Shown piece after piece: positions 36,212 to 48,689 of a stretch of 64,000 nucleotides of DNA (positions are counted from its first letter, which is position 1; each line of letters opens with the position of its first letter). Origin of the DNA: Perna viridis (lineage: Eukaryota). Made by a program: the position numbers and the translations under genes. The notes beneath the pieces were generated by a model that saw only the letters and a list, made by a program, of their open reading frames with translations, was not told the origin of the DNA and made no database searches. The stretch lies in NCBI GenBank assembly GCA_037379345.1, contig CM074511.1, forward strand, positions 2,480,001 to 2,544,000. The letters are read 5' to 3'.

Positions 36212-36381
36212 TAAATATATTCAGTCGTTGGGCCAAATTTAATACATGTCGTTGTTAGTCGATGGGCCAAACTACGATGGAAATTAAACATTCAGTCGTT
36301 GGGCCAAACTAAGTTGAACGACGAAATAAAACAAGAAAATGATGAAATTAACCAGTAAATCAAGCAGAATTTATAGCTGGC

Positions 36382-36399
36382 ATCTCGCTGGAGAGTCCA
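36382..36399 (-). promoter_or_regulatory. Primer-binding site (possibly tRNA-Thr)
   Basis: Minus-strand TGGACTCTCCAGCGAGAT lies 4 nt inside the 5' LTR. Its complement ATCTCGCTGG....TCCA resembles the 3' end of animal tRNA-Thr(UGU) as recalled. Confidence 0.55.
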
Positions 36400-36403
36400 A
36401 ATT

Positions 36404-36729
36404 TGTCGCTGGTATTTTTGTCATTACCTTGTGGCTAAATAATATTTCGAATTCAGAATGCCATATTTTATTCTGCAAAAATACAATAGAGGTGATGTCA
36501 GCCACTGCTCAAGTCAACGCTTTGTAATGAAATGAATTTGAAGACAGGTTTAGTTAGGATTGGACCAACTTAGTTCATGCAAGGTGTGCTCGATACGTCA
36601 TCAGTCATTCGTCAAGGAATATGCAAATGACGAATGAATGAACGATAAATATGAATGAAAAATACAAATAATAAATACGATGAACGTATATAAACACAAA
36701 CAAGACATTTATTTTATATTTTCGTGACA
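36404..36729 (-). repeat. 5' LTR
   Basis: TGTCGC...GTGACA termini; minus-strand AATAAA near 36466; aligns with 25264-25589. Confidence 0.8.
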
Positions 36730-37138
36730 TAGGCAACACAGAGACTAGGATAACAATTTGCGTGTTGTAATATACTTGCACGGTGATATGAACAAATTAC
36801 AAAAGTAAAGTATCAAACTTATGTAATGGTAAGTTAAAAGATATTATGAAATGTTATACAACGTTTCCTACAGTACCTATTCTTGTTCTATTCATTGCTA
36901 TTAAAACCGACAGTAAAAGCACTCATATAAATTTCTTGTCATTTCCTTCATTGGAAACAAATCTTAGAGGGAAATGAAAAGAATTTAATTGAAATAAAAT
37001 CAATACAATGTTTAATAGTACGTGTTACTTATTCCTGATTTGCCGACGCCTTGATTATAAATTGCAACGGAGTGCAGGATGTTCTGCAAAATAAATTAGG
37101 AATGACATTTAAATTGAAGTCATTATGATAGTACCGGC

Positions 37139-40100
37139 ATGGCGTTCATGTTAACCTTTGTGTTACAGTTAATCCTATCAACAACGGGTAAGTTTTAACA
37201 TTTGTTTTTTACAAAATCAAAATTGAAGTTAAAAAATTAAAACATAGAATAACATTTTCCATATTTATGACTTTGTTATATGCTGAATGTTTGATTATGT
37301 TCTTTCGAATCGAATGTGTTTTGTTTCTTATCTCAGTTGTTATTTAATAAAAACAACATTATTTTACACAGTGTACATACAGTTTTATATAAATAAGATT
37401 TGTACTGTCTTTTATTTCAAACTTCCTGCTTCACAACTTCCTATAACGTAAATATGTATCATAACTATCTTTTTCCAACTTTCCGGTTTTTACCCTGATA
37501 TTGCCATTTTTTATATGGACTTTCTTTTTAGACTATTCCATTTCATTACTGATTTTATTAGTTAAGTAATTTTGTTAATATCTTTCATTTATCAATATTA
37601 TTTGTTTTGTTACTCATTTAACATTTAATTAGTAATTCAATTTTGTTATCGTGTTAATTAACGTACTTAAAGAATAGCATTACCTTGATACGAGTATGAT
37701 TTTTTTGTTTTGATTTTCTTGTGATTTTCAGCTATAGTTTGAGTATATAAGTAAAATCGTTTGAACAAAAAGTTTTAAAGCCATAGATTGAAAAACATTA
37801 CAACTTAAAACAGGACGCTTGCTGTACTGGTGCACTTAGTCCATGCTCCCAGTTTTTAGTGGAGTCCGAGTAATTCATTTACCTTTGTTTCTTTGTACGT
37901 ATTATTTTGGTTATTTCATATTCTTTGTTGTGTGTTCTGTTTTCCCTGTCTAGTCTTGTCCTGGATTGCGTTCATTTGATTTCCTCTAGAATCTTGGTTT
38001 CTTTCATGCCATACATTAAACATAAATTCAAGAAGAAATATATTTTGTATGATATTAAAAACGAATTATTACGCTTTATATTATATATCGTTGTCCGTGT
38101 ACAAATAGCACATTTAGGCGCTTCATGTGAAATCTAGGAAAACCCATGTCTTGGCAATTTTTTCTGTATAAATAAAAGGCAAGAACTAAATTGCCAAACT
38201 GACAGGCAAACTCCAGGCATTAACCAAAAAGGGATAATCAAAAAGGAAAGTCTATATGATATAACAAATTACAATATCAAGGCAATAACCGGAAAGTTGG
38301 AAACAGCCGGAATAGTCCTGACTTAGTACAGGCATTTGCGATAGAAATGGTGAGTTACCATTACATGCTTTATAACACGCTTAATCTCCCGCCTCTGTTC
38401 TTGGTTATTGTTTCCGGCGATTTGCAATACAAACAAGCAGCACTAAATTTTCAGCAGTTGAGAAGATATATTGATGGAAGTTGTCAGAAACAAGATATTT
38501 TCAATAAAATCTGGATGTCGGATAAAAAAAATTGCAAGCATTTTATCAAACGAATTTATTTTATGAGAGCTTCTTATCAATTCTATTTCATTGCATACAA
38601 TATACTCTTTAACTGGACTTGTCACAGTTTATAACAAGTTTCAGAGGTATTTTAATCCTTGGGGCTTTATAAAAAATTACTTACTATTCTGATTTTATAG
38701 ATTAAGTGTTTTAAATTGGTGTTTTCAAATTGATAATACTCAAGACCAGTGGTATTTGGCCAAAAGCTGTACGAAAATAAATATGAATTTAAACAAATAT
38801 GAATTTAAACTGCAAAAAAAAGTAAAGTATATTAACACATATATAATACTGTAAGGTAACCATCGACGTTATCAAATATAGAAATCACTAACACTGACTT
38901 CCTTCATGGACATCTTCAAGTAAAATTCTGGCCCTATCTTAATTTTTATTGCATGATTAATTGCTTTATGATATAAAATTCAAGATTAAATTCTTATATT
39001 TCAGAATAAATAATTGATAATGGCGTATGTTCTAAGGTGATTGTTTGGTTACAATAATCTAATTTTATCAATTCCGGATATTTGCCCACTATCTCCAAGT
39101 TATCTACTACGCTTACAATATGAAGCTTAGTTAAAAATGAGTGATTACGCCTTCATATCAATAATAGTGTTTGACACGAGTCGCGAAGTTGCATTACTGT
39201 TGCTAAATAATTACCGGATTATACTCGCTTGCAATACGGAGAGTGCCACTGGCTAAGCAGTACATGCTTGCCTTCCAGAGCACCTGATGTCACTCCCGTT
39301 TTGTTTTTTTCTCAGACTTTCTTTCTTTTTCAGCAATTGATTTAATAGATAATATATGAAGCCATTTAAGTCCTTGAGTTAACAAAGATTAGGTATCGAA
39401 CTTTTTTATACTGAAAAGGGGGTGGGGGCTGGGATTTCATGTTGAGTTAGATATTGTTTTTGTATTATCTTTAAACTAATTTCGGGGATTTGATACATCG
39501 CATCTACCCAAAAGAACTTGAGATAAAGGATACTACAGACACTATGAAGTCAGCCTCATATCTTGACCTACACTTAGAAATCGATGGTAAAGGAAAACTA
39601 TTGACCAAACGACAAGCGTGATGACTTTTCATTCAGAATTGTGAACTTTCCTTTCATCTGTGGCAACATCCCTTCAGCACCTGCGTATGGAGTGTTCATA
39701 TCACAACTCATACGTTATGCCAGAGCTTGCCGAAACTACGCAGACTTTGTGCATCGCGCTAGAACTCCACCAAATAGGCTTCTGGAACAGGGTTTTGTTG
39801 CTACAAGATTGAAGTCATCACTACAGAAGTTTTATGGTCGTAAGCATGAACTTGTGGATCGTTATGGTGTATCCTTCTGCACCTTGACCTTTTATGAGCA
39901 ACTCGGCGGGTCAATGCTCCCAGTTTTTAGTGGACTCCGAGTTGCTCATTGCTTTTTTTACTTTGTATGTATGATTTTAGTTACTTTAGGTTCTTTGTTG
40001 TGTATGTCTGTTTTCGATGTCGGGTCTTTGTCCCTGGATTACATTCTTTTGATTACCGCTATAACCTTGGTTCCCTTGATTACTCCTTCGCACAAAACCA

Positions 40101-43100
40101 AAAATTAATTATTTTTTTTAGCAGTAGCTGGTGTTCAAACATTTTATTAGAAAATCTATATTGTTAGTAATGGGGGAAATATTGAATGATAATATTGATT
40201 CTGCCCATGGCAAAAAATTGGCTAAAATTTGGAATTTTTGAAAAAAAAAAAATAATCCCAGATATCCCATCGAGATGAAAATGGTATGTGCCTTATATTT
40301 TCGGATTGGTATATAAATTTTTCGTACGAATCGAGAAAAAAAAATATTACACAAGGAAAAGTAAGTAATTCTCGATAGAATAATAAATTAGTTTTGACAG
40401 AGTTATTTAAAGATGTGTATTTACTACAGACAACTTAGAGTTACAAAAGAGTACATATCAATGGCCAATCCTTGTCATAGATATCGGCCAAAATATACAG
40501 AAACACAAACTAAAATGACGATATAGATACTGCAGAAAGGAGTGGATATACTTATTGTAAAACTATGAAAACGAAGGAAAGCATAAACAAACATACAAGG
40601 TTAAACATACAAATTCAAACAACAATGAAGTATCTAGACATTTATTTTATTTTTTTCATTGTATAGTCGTCCATTGAAACGCTGGCTTACATTAATGACA
40701 AGTAAAGGCACTCACAAACCATATATTTATACTTCCTATACCTGAAAATATGTTAAATTAAAAGCAGTGAAAATGTCAATTTAATGTTTTGCTATTTGTT
40801 ATCCGTAATCTACATTAAAAAAAGTAATTAAAACTTTAACATGATGTGTCAGGAAGTTTTCTAACATCTCCACTGATAATTCATGCGTGATTACGTCACT
40901 TGGCAGGATGTTATTGTACAGACAGCTCTCATGTACTGACCTTATGAAGTAATGGAAAATGGTTTGATGTATAATTTCTTCATATATTTTTTTTAATTGT
41001 CATAACAGATGGAAAGCTGTATATAAATAAAATAAAAATTACATGACAAGTCTTATATTGGCATATAACTAGATAATCTTTAGTTGGACCACTGTTTTTT
41101 TTACAGACAGGCATAAGTATATCATAGAATTTTACAGCATACTATATAAGGTTACCTTTAATTAACTGCAGATGGAGAAGCTTCTAAAAAATATTTGTGT
41201 CGTGCTCCTAATCCTTCTTTAAAAGGATACGTCCAAACCACCGATGCATTGCTTACCATATCGAGGTGTACAGACATATCATGCTGTCAACATTGCCATT
41301 TAGATGACCAATGTGCTGCATTCTTCTGGAGCAAATTAGATTCCGAATGTTATCTGATGCATACCTTGTATACAAATGTGACGGCTAATATGGTATCACA
41401 AGCAGGTGCCCTTTATTTCAATAAAGGTAAATTTATCAATGTTATCATATCGGTTTTTTATACATGTTAAAGGACACCTATCGAAATTCAAGATTTATAT
41501 ATTGGGTCATATGTGAAAACGAAACATCTGATGTAGGGAAATTTGATGACAACAACACTGACCACTTGGACAAAAACAAAACGAAAAAAAATGTTACAAA
41601 CGACACAACATAACTGCGAAGTATCCTTAAGAAAAATACGATAACACATAACGAAAAACAGGAGAAGCACTCGGGGTTTTGGTGGTGTTACTTTGGACAC
41701 AACTGTTTCTCGTTCAAGGACATCTGCAACAAAGGATAAAAAGAGACAATTAGAGGTTAATTTTTAAAAAATGGTATTACACAAAACGGCCAGTACAATA
41801 AGATAAAAAATATGCTTGGTATAGTATTTAGTATAGTATTAAAACATCGATTCTGTGTATGTATAGAATAAGTCTGCAAAATCTGATTTTTCTTAGCATG
41901 TAAAGAACTAAGTCAAAACAGCAGTAATTGACATTCAATTTGACTATTCCAACGCTTTCAGAGTAGTTTGAAAGTTTGACAAAGACATTAACGGTATAAA
42001 AATCCTACTAACACTTCCTGATTAATCAACACTGTGGTATCATATTAACAGAAATTAAATGTCTTCCCGTGCAAAATAGACAGTACAGGTGGATCAATAA
42101 CTAATTTATATATTGATTATATCACTGCATAATTTTTTAAAGTTTTTTTCTTATATTCAAAGTTCTTCCAGATGTCCTGGCATCCAAATGCATTGCAGCA
42201 AATTACGTCTGGGTAAAACATCTGAAATTCTGCTTCAAGTTGTACGATACCCAGGTGGCTTCTGTTGATCAACAACAAGCTATACAAAAATGTCAAAATT
42301 TGGGACATCGACTTGTTATAACAAAAACCAAGGAACAACACGAGTTTCTGAAGAATGTTATTGTGTCTTCTGCAAGAGGTAAATTACTACTGTGTTATAA
42401 TTTGGTCAAAACCTATTTCCGGGTACATATAAATACTAAAAATAGTAATAATAAATATTGCAAATATATCCTTCCCTCGTTTGTCTACCCCGGACTTTAC
42501 TTTTTATGAGCAACTCGGCGGGTGTTTCTAGAAAAGCAGAGGACGCTTACCCTACCGGTGCACCTGGTCCATGCTCCCAGTTTTTAGTAGAATCCGAGTT
42601 ACTCATTTACTTTTGTTACTTTGTATGTATGATTTTAGTTACTTTAAGTTCTTTGTTGTGTATGTCTGTTTTCCATGTCTGGTCTTTGTCCCTGGATTAC
42701 ATTCTTTTGATTACCGCTATAACCTTGGTTCTCTTGATTACTCTGTTATAATACACAACATAGCTATTTAAAAAAAAATCGTGTAGTTGTGTGATAAAAA
42801 GGAACAAAATTTATTATGGAAAACAAAGAGAAACTTCTTGCTTTTAATAATTACAGAAAATACCAGATCTACTGTAACAAAAATAAAATCACCGTAACTC
42901 TAATGCACAATCAAACCAATTTCAAAATGTAACAATACCGCAGGAAATATTCATTATCACGACACATATCATGTACTGTCATAAACATGTAAATATAAAA
43001 CAAAAGATCCGTTTACCTGTTTACTACACTAAGTGGAGCGATAACACCACGAACCATACGATAAATCTAAATTACATTAAAAGCAAGGATAAAGAGAAAA

Positions 43101-44783
43101 CAGAGCCTGGAATGAGGCTTAAACATATTGTTTTTTCATGACTGATTGTATCGGAAAACATGAGCCCTCTATTCACGTAGTAAAGTAATGAGTCTCTTAT
43201 AGAAATTGTTGTGACAAAAAGAACCAGAAATTGTTTTGGCAATTACCAAACGTCCAAGCTTTGATTGCCATTTGTTTTTCTGAAAGCATTGTATTTGAAA
43301 AAAAGTAATACAAATTAAGAATCAGAATATCGAAACTATTGTAAAAGTAGCGTGCTGTAGGAAAGTAAGTATAATAATAATAATTTTGATAATTGTAAAA
43401 CATGTTGCCGTGAATGAGAAGGACATGACAGGAAAAGTAATCGAAAGAACATAATCCAAGGATGACGGCTAAGCAGTGAACATTGCCATACACCCAAAGA
43501 TATAAAATAGTGAAAATAACACATACAAAAACAAAATAACAAAACAAAAACAAAAACAAAACAAAGGTAAATGAGCAACCTCAACTCCATGAAAACTGGA
43601 CATATAATGTCAAGGTAACGACATGGTATATTGAGCGAGAAATCAAGGGAACCAAGATTCAAGTGGAATTCGAAAGAATACATGTATGTTTAAAGGATAA
43701 AGCTTAGACGGGGAAAACAGACACACACTACTAAGCACATAAGATACACAATAACATGCACAAAGAAACCATAGTAAATAAGCAACCCAAAATCTACTGA
43801 AAGGAAACGATGTGATATATTAAGAGAACGACACATCTTCCACCAATATTGTACATTGTGTCTCATAACCAGGTAAAGTCACTTTGAAAAACCAAACAAT
43901 GCAGTTTTTTTTTCAATTGTTATGTTTTTCCCAAGGCATATTAAATATTTCCTGATTAACAAGACACAAAGCCATTGTTGTAAGACTTTACCGTATTTCG
44001 TTTTGTTTTTTAATTTTATTTTTTATCATGTTGTGCATGTACTCTACGCTGTTAACGCCAATTACACCAATAAAAGCACATTCATAAGTAGTCGGTATTA
44101 TACGAAGTTCAAAACCATAGTGTTACGTGGAAAGAAATTGTTCTGTCGATATCAGTTTTTTTTTCTTTTTAACAAAATTCAAAACTATAGTGTTACGTGG
44201 AAAGATATTGTTCTGCCAGGTTTCTTTTCTTTTTATTGTTTTACTTTTTCCTCGTAGAGTCAGCTTAATTGGTGTAAAAAATGTGAAGTGCTTTAATATG
44301 TTAAAGCTTTCATTTAAACACGTATAAAAAATGGTTAATATCATTATTCCTTTTGTCGTAATGGGAAATCCTCACTGTCTTATTTATATTAACGAATAAC
44401 AAATAAAACATCCCTGCTTATATTTTCCACATCATTTATTGTTGAGAGAAGGTCGAGACACAAGTTCATAATTAAATAGCACCATCTCCTCAACATGTTC
44501 AGTGAAGGCTTTTTCGTATGCTATGCCTGGCTATTTTTCCTTACAATTATTATTTTTTGTTTTTAATATAGGTTTTTCTGGATACTGGGTTGACGGTAAA
44601 CATTTTGGGTACGGTGCGTGGAGATATTCAGATGGAAGTAATGTGAATCCTTCCTTATGGGCTCCAGAAAAACCAACTTACCAGTACCAAGTGGATTGTG
44701 CAATAATGGGAATGACTTATCAATATGACTGGGAAAACACAGTTTGTACGAATGTCAATAAATACATCTGTGAGGTTCAGTGA
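37139..44783 (+). CDS. Secreted PAN/apple + C-type lectin domain protein, copy 1 (exons 37139-37187, 41172-41426, 42172-42378, 44572-44783)
   Basis: All phase-1 GT-AG junctions join into one frame: signal-like MAFMLTFVLQLILSTT (TATAAA near 37056), PAN-type SCCQHCHLDDQCAAFFWSKLDSECYL, and CTLD FCFKLY..AIQKCQNLGHRLV..YWVDG..WRYSDG..WAPEKP..CAIM..WENTVC..YICE. Exon 1 assignment is the least certain. Confidence 0.8.
37810..38005 (+). mobile_element. Naiad-type PLE tail fragment in lectin intron 1
   Basis: GGTGCAC..GTCCATGCTCCCAGTTTTTAGTGGAGTCCGAG motif shared with the other copies. Confidence 0.75.
39478..40090 (+). mobile_element. Naiad-type PLE 3' fragment (RT C-terminus plus tail)
   Basis: IYPKELEIKDTT..LDLHLEIDGKG..NFPFICGNIPSAPAYGVFISQLIRYARAC..KFYGR.HELVDRYG. 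Confidence 0.88.
42468..42745 (+). mobile_element. Naiad-type PLE tail (pseudo-LTR) in lectin intron 3
   Basis: Near-identical to 47675-47945. Confidence 0.88.
43430..43800 (-). mobile_element. Two old, diverged PLE tail fragments
   Basis: AATGAGCAAC..ACTCCA..AAAACTGG and AATCAAGGGAACCAAGATT motifs. Confidence 0.5.
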
Positions 44784-45664
44784 ATACAATTTTTGCTTTT
44801 TTCAGTTCTTAGAATGTTATTGTTTGTTCAATATAAAATCTAAAATTCTATAGATAGACGTAATATATAAATATTGTAATATACTTTTTCACTTTTTTTC
44901 ACAAAATACAAAAAAGAAGAGAAATAATTCTTTTTCTGTTTTCGTCTTTGCAACACAAAAATGTGAACTGTTTTAAAAAGTAAATGATAATAAATAATAA
45001 TGGATGTAATTAACGCCTTAAATAGATTTTATGAATCATGTAAGAGTGATATGTTCTGGTTTTGCATAAAAGTTTGATTTTTGAGAAATGCAAAGAGATT
45101 GTTTTCATTTACGACCATTAAATCATCTATTATCTCCAATAAGTCTTATGAAATATTGAAATATAGATAAGTGTCTAGTCTAAGCATAAAAAAGAGCACC
45201 TTATCTGACGCAATTTGACATATGTTCAAAGTTTCAAAAGTGTAATAATGACGTATTTTGCTCTTACCAGTTTATACACCAATGTAGACATACAATTACC
45301 TCAAAATCAATGCCATTAATGTAGAATAAGTTATTGTAGTGTTGTAAATAAAAAATTGCAATGCATAAAGTGTTTTATACTTGGTCGAACATTTCAATTT
45401 ATCTTTAATGTATGGAATTAAGGATGTCAAAAATTAAGTTATAATAGATTTTAGATTCTCAAGTTGGTTTTATAGACATGTAGGCAGTTATACATTCTAC
45501 TTTTTTTCAAACTTTTAATTCAACATTCAACATTTTGATGTAAACGAATAGCAGCTGCAGGTGCTTACATTTGTTTTGGTTGATATGCTATTATTTGTCT
45601 AGAATCAATATTACGGACCAATCATTGTCAAAGTAATGAGATGAAGTAGCAAACCCAAAGGCAT

Positions 45665-45789
45665 ACATGTCAAAATCTGTATCACATGCGATATCAACTC
45701 GGTATTCCTATATCACCCCAAGGGCCACCGACCCGCGTGGTGATATACGTCGAGGGTTGATACCACATGTGATACTGATTTTAACATGT
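45665..45789. repeat. Short foldback (hairpin) element
   Basis: ACATGTCAAAATCTGTATCACATG.GATATCAAC pairs with GTTGATAC.ACATGTGATAC.GATTTT.AACATGT; inner TATATCACC/GGTGATATA. Confidence 0.8.
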
Positions 45790-46366
45790 CATGTTCATTA
45801 TGGTCGTTAAGGTGTGAGATATAGGGCATGCGATATAGGGTAAACGATATAGGGTTTAAACAAGCAATTCTAATGAATATACAAAAAAGTATATTTTAAT
45901 CGAAATATATGATATATGTATATATCAAAGTTTTCATTGAAAGGTTAAACTGATAAAAACCACTGTAATTAAGATTTACATCGTATTGAGACTGCGCTAC
46001 CATTAAACGATTATACTCGTAGTAAAAATAAATCGTCAGCTTAAACGAGTTATACTGGTCAATAAAAGCCGTATTTTCGGCAATGCAATACACGGTTTTA
46101 ACCCTAATGGATTCCATGGTAAAGTGTATCAGTTTTTAAATGATGTCAAAAGCGAGTTCAATACCGACTGCATCCGAAAGAAACCAAACTAACAAACTCA
46201 CAAAAAAAATAAACTTCATATTGATTTTCGATTTCTAATAGGTTTTGTAACCAGATGATGTATGAGTTAAGAGAAAATAATTGATTGCAATGAATATATC
46301 GGCCTAACTAAAGTAAAAATTCTAGCTATTTCTAAAATTATAAATACTTGTGTATTAACCTTATAC

Positions 46367-47945
46367 CTCATAGTTTTCCTTTCCTCGTTTGTCTACCCCG
46401 GACTTGACTTTTTATGAGCAACTCGGCGGGTATTTCTAGAAAAACAGAGGACGCTTACCCTACCGATGCACCTGGTCCATGCTCCCAGTTTTAAATGGAG
46501 TCCAATTTGCTCATTTGCTTTTGCTACTTTGTATGTATGATTTTAGTAACTTTGTGTTCTTTGCTGTGTATGTCTGTTTTCCATGTGTGTCCCTGAATTA
46601 CATTCTTTTACACTGCTACCCCTCTCCTAAAAGAAGAGATTGTGGAAAACCATAATCTGTACTATCCTCTTTTGGTCTCTCTACCAAGGACGATGATTGT
46701 GATTTACCGTCTATGTACTGGATTCCTAAACTTCAAAAGAATCCAAACAAACAACGTTTCATAGCTGGATCTGCAAAATGTACCACCAAATCTCTTTCAA
46801 AACTTTTAACTTCTATACTCACAACCGTCGAAGAGGGTCTACAGTCCTACCACAACAATTGTTACTCCCGTAGTGGTATTAATTCAATGTGGATCCTGAC
46901 AAATTCGATAGATCTTTTGGAGACAAGACTATTATCTGAATATAATAACATTAAAACCTATGATTTTTCAACACTGTATACTTCTATTCCCAATACTCAG
47001 TTAAAATCCCGACTTAAAAACATTATACATCGTTGTTTTTCCAAAAAAGATGGTACACCTAGATACAAATATATAGTTCTTGGTAGAGATTCCTCATACT
47101 TTGTAAGACATAATTCCAAATCATCTTCCAAATATACAGAGGAAGATGTTTGAAAAATGCTGCAATTTTTAATAGACAACATATTTGTCCAGTGTGGTGG
47201 ACGTGTTTTTCAACAAACGGTCGGCATTCCAATGGGAACAAATTGTGTTCCTTTACTTTCTGACCTATTCCTTCACTCATAAGAGGCTGACTTTATAGCT
47301 GATCTGATCAGAAAGAAAGACAATCGTTTGCTTGATCCTTCAATCTCAGTTTCCGCTATAAAGATGACGTATTATCTTTAAACAATCCTAATTTTGGGGG
47401 TTTGATACATCGCATCTACCCAAAAGAACTTGAGATAAAGGATACTACAGACACTGTGAAGTTAGCCTCATATTTTGACCTACACTTAGAAATCGATGGT
47501 AAAGGAAAACTATTCACCAAACTTTACGACAATACGACAAACGTGATGACTTTTCATTCAAAATTGTCAATTTTCTTTTCATCTGCGGCAACATCCCTTC
47601 AGCACCTGCGTATGGATCGTTATGGTGTATCCATCTGCACCATGAAAACTGATTTATTCAACGAATCATAGTTTTCCTTTCCTCGTTTGTCTACCCCGGA
47701 CTTTACTTTTTATAAGCAACTCGGCGGGTGTTTCTAGAAAATCAGAGGACGCTGACCCTACCGGTGCACTTGGTCCATGCTCCCAGTTTTTAGTGGAATC
47801 CGAGTTGCTCATTTGCTTTTGTTACTTTCTATGTATGATTTTAGCTACTTTATATTCTTTGTTGTGCATGTCTGTTTTCCATGTCTGGTCTTTGTCCCTG
47901 GATTACATTCTTTTGATTACGTTATAACCTTGGTTCCCTTGTTTA
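46367..47945 (+). mobile_element. 5'-truncated Penelope-like element (Naiad-type RT) flanked by pseudo-LTRs (46367-46608 and 47667-47945)
   Basis: MYWIPKL..RFIAGSAKC, TYDFSTLYTSIP, GIPMGTNC.P, FRY.DD. The ORF ends ..TDLFNES* with no C-terminal GIY-YIG. The same tail occurs on both sides. Confidence 0.9.
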
Positions 47946-48546
47946 CTGTTTACACAGTTGGAATTTACCTTATGATGATCATACAGTTTGCAAATATACC
48001 ACAATCCCAAAATACCAAAACATATTACCCCCATAGAAAAAACAACAAAATATGAAGGTATCTCCTAAAAATACCTTAATTTTTCTCCACTCCAAAAAGT
48101 ATATTGACTTTTCTGCAACCCAACTTAATTCTTAATTTTTTACCCTAAAAATTGTCTTAGCCTTTGTAAGGAACAAATTCTGAGTACCCACTACCTTTGA
48201 AAGGTCAGGAGGTTTGGTTAGCCCTAAAACCCGATTTGACCTACCATTTCACATTGAAATGCCTGTGGTTTACTATACAGATACATTAAGGCGCACTGTT
48301 TCGCACACCGAGTTGACCGGTCAATAACGTGACATAGATTAATTTGGATATTTTTTTGTTTTAATCGCAAGAAAGGTTGAATACCCCCAAAATGCATGCC
48401 ATCATTGAATAACCCTACAAGAGCAGGTGAATAACCCATAACAGCAAACAAAGCATTTTTAAGGATGGTCTAGCACTTTTGAAACCATGCATTTTTGTCA
48501 GTTCTTCGTTTCTTTTTGTTTTTTTTGTTTTTTTTTGTATAATAAA

Positions 48547-48689
48547 ACAATTACGGCACTTCAATTCGGTGCATATCCAAATTTGTCAACCCCACTATAG
48601 TTATTCCTCTCGGGTAAAGCCCTCATGGAAACAACCCTAGTTCGTGTTGACAATTTTGGATATTCACCTCCTCAGAAGGCCGTAATTGT
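48547..48689. repeat. Short foldback (hairpin) element
   Basis: ACAATTACGGC/GCCGTAATTGT termini and GGTG.ATATCCAAA.TTGTCAAC/GTTGACAA.TTTGGATAT.CACC arms. Confidence 0.8.

Larger units (their letters stand above)
25264..36729 (-). mobile_element. Decayed Ty3/Gypsy LTR retrotransposon with internal pol deletion, an extra SGNH ORF and two nested insertions
   Basis: Direct repeats 25264-25589 and 36404-36729 (TGTCG...GTGACA; ~24 substitutions by hand count), PBS beside the right LTR, and gag-PR-RT on the minus strand. PPT and TSD not evident. Confidence 0.85.

Noticed and set aside
25255-36740. Target-site duplication and polypurine tract for the Gypsy element
   Set aside because: The flanks (GCTGG versus TAGGC) do not match and no clear PPT adjoins the 3' LTR, so neither is claimed.
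47145-47160. In-frame TGA at a likely Cys position of the Naiad RT (selenocysteine, as in some clam Naiads)
   Set aside because: Single occurrence; the sister copy has TAC there, other Cys codons are TGT/TGC, and the copy has other disabling mutations.
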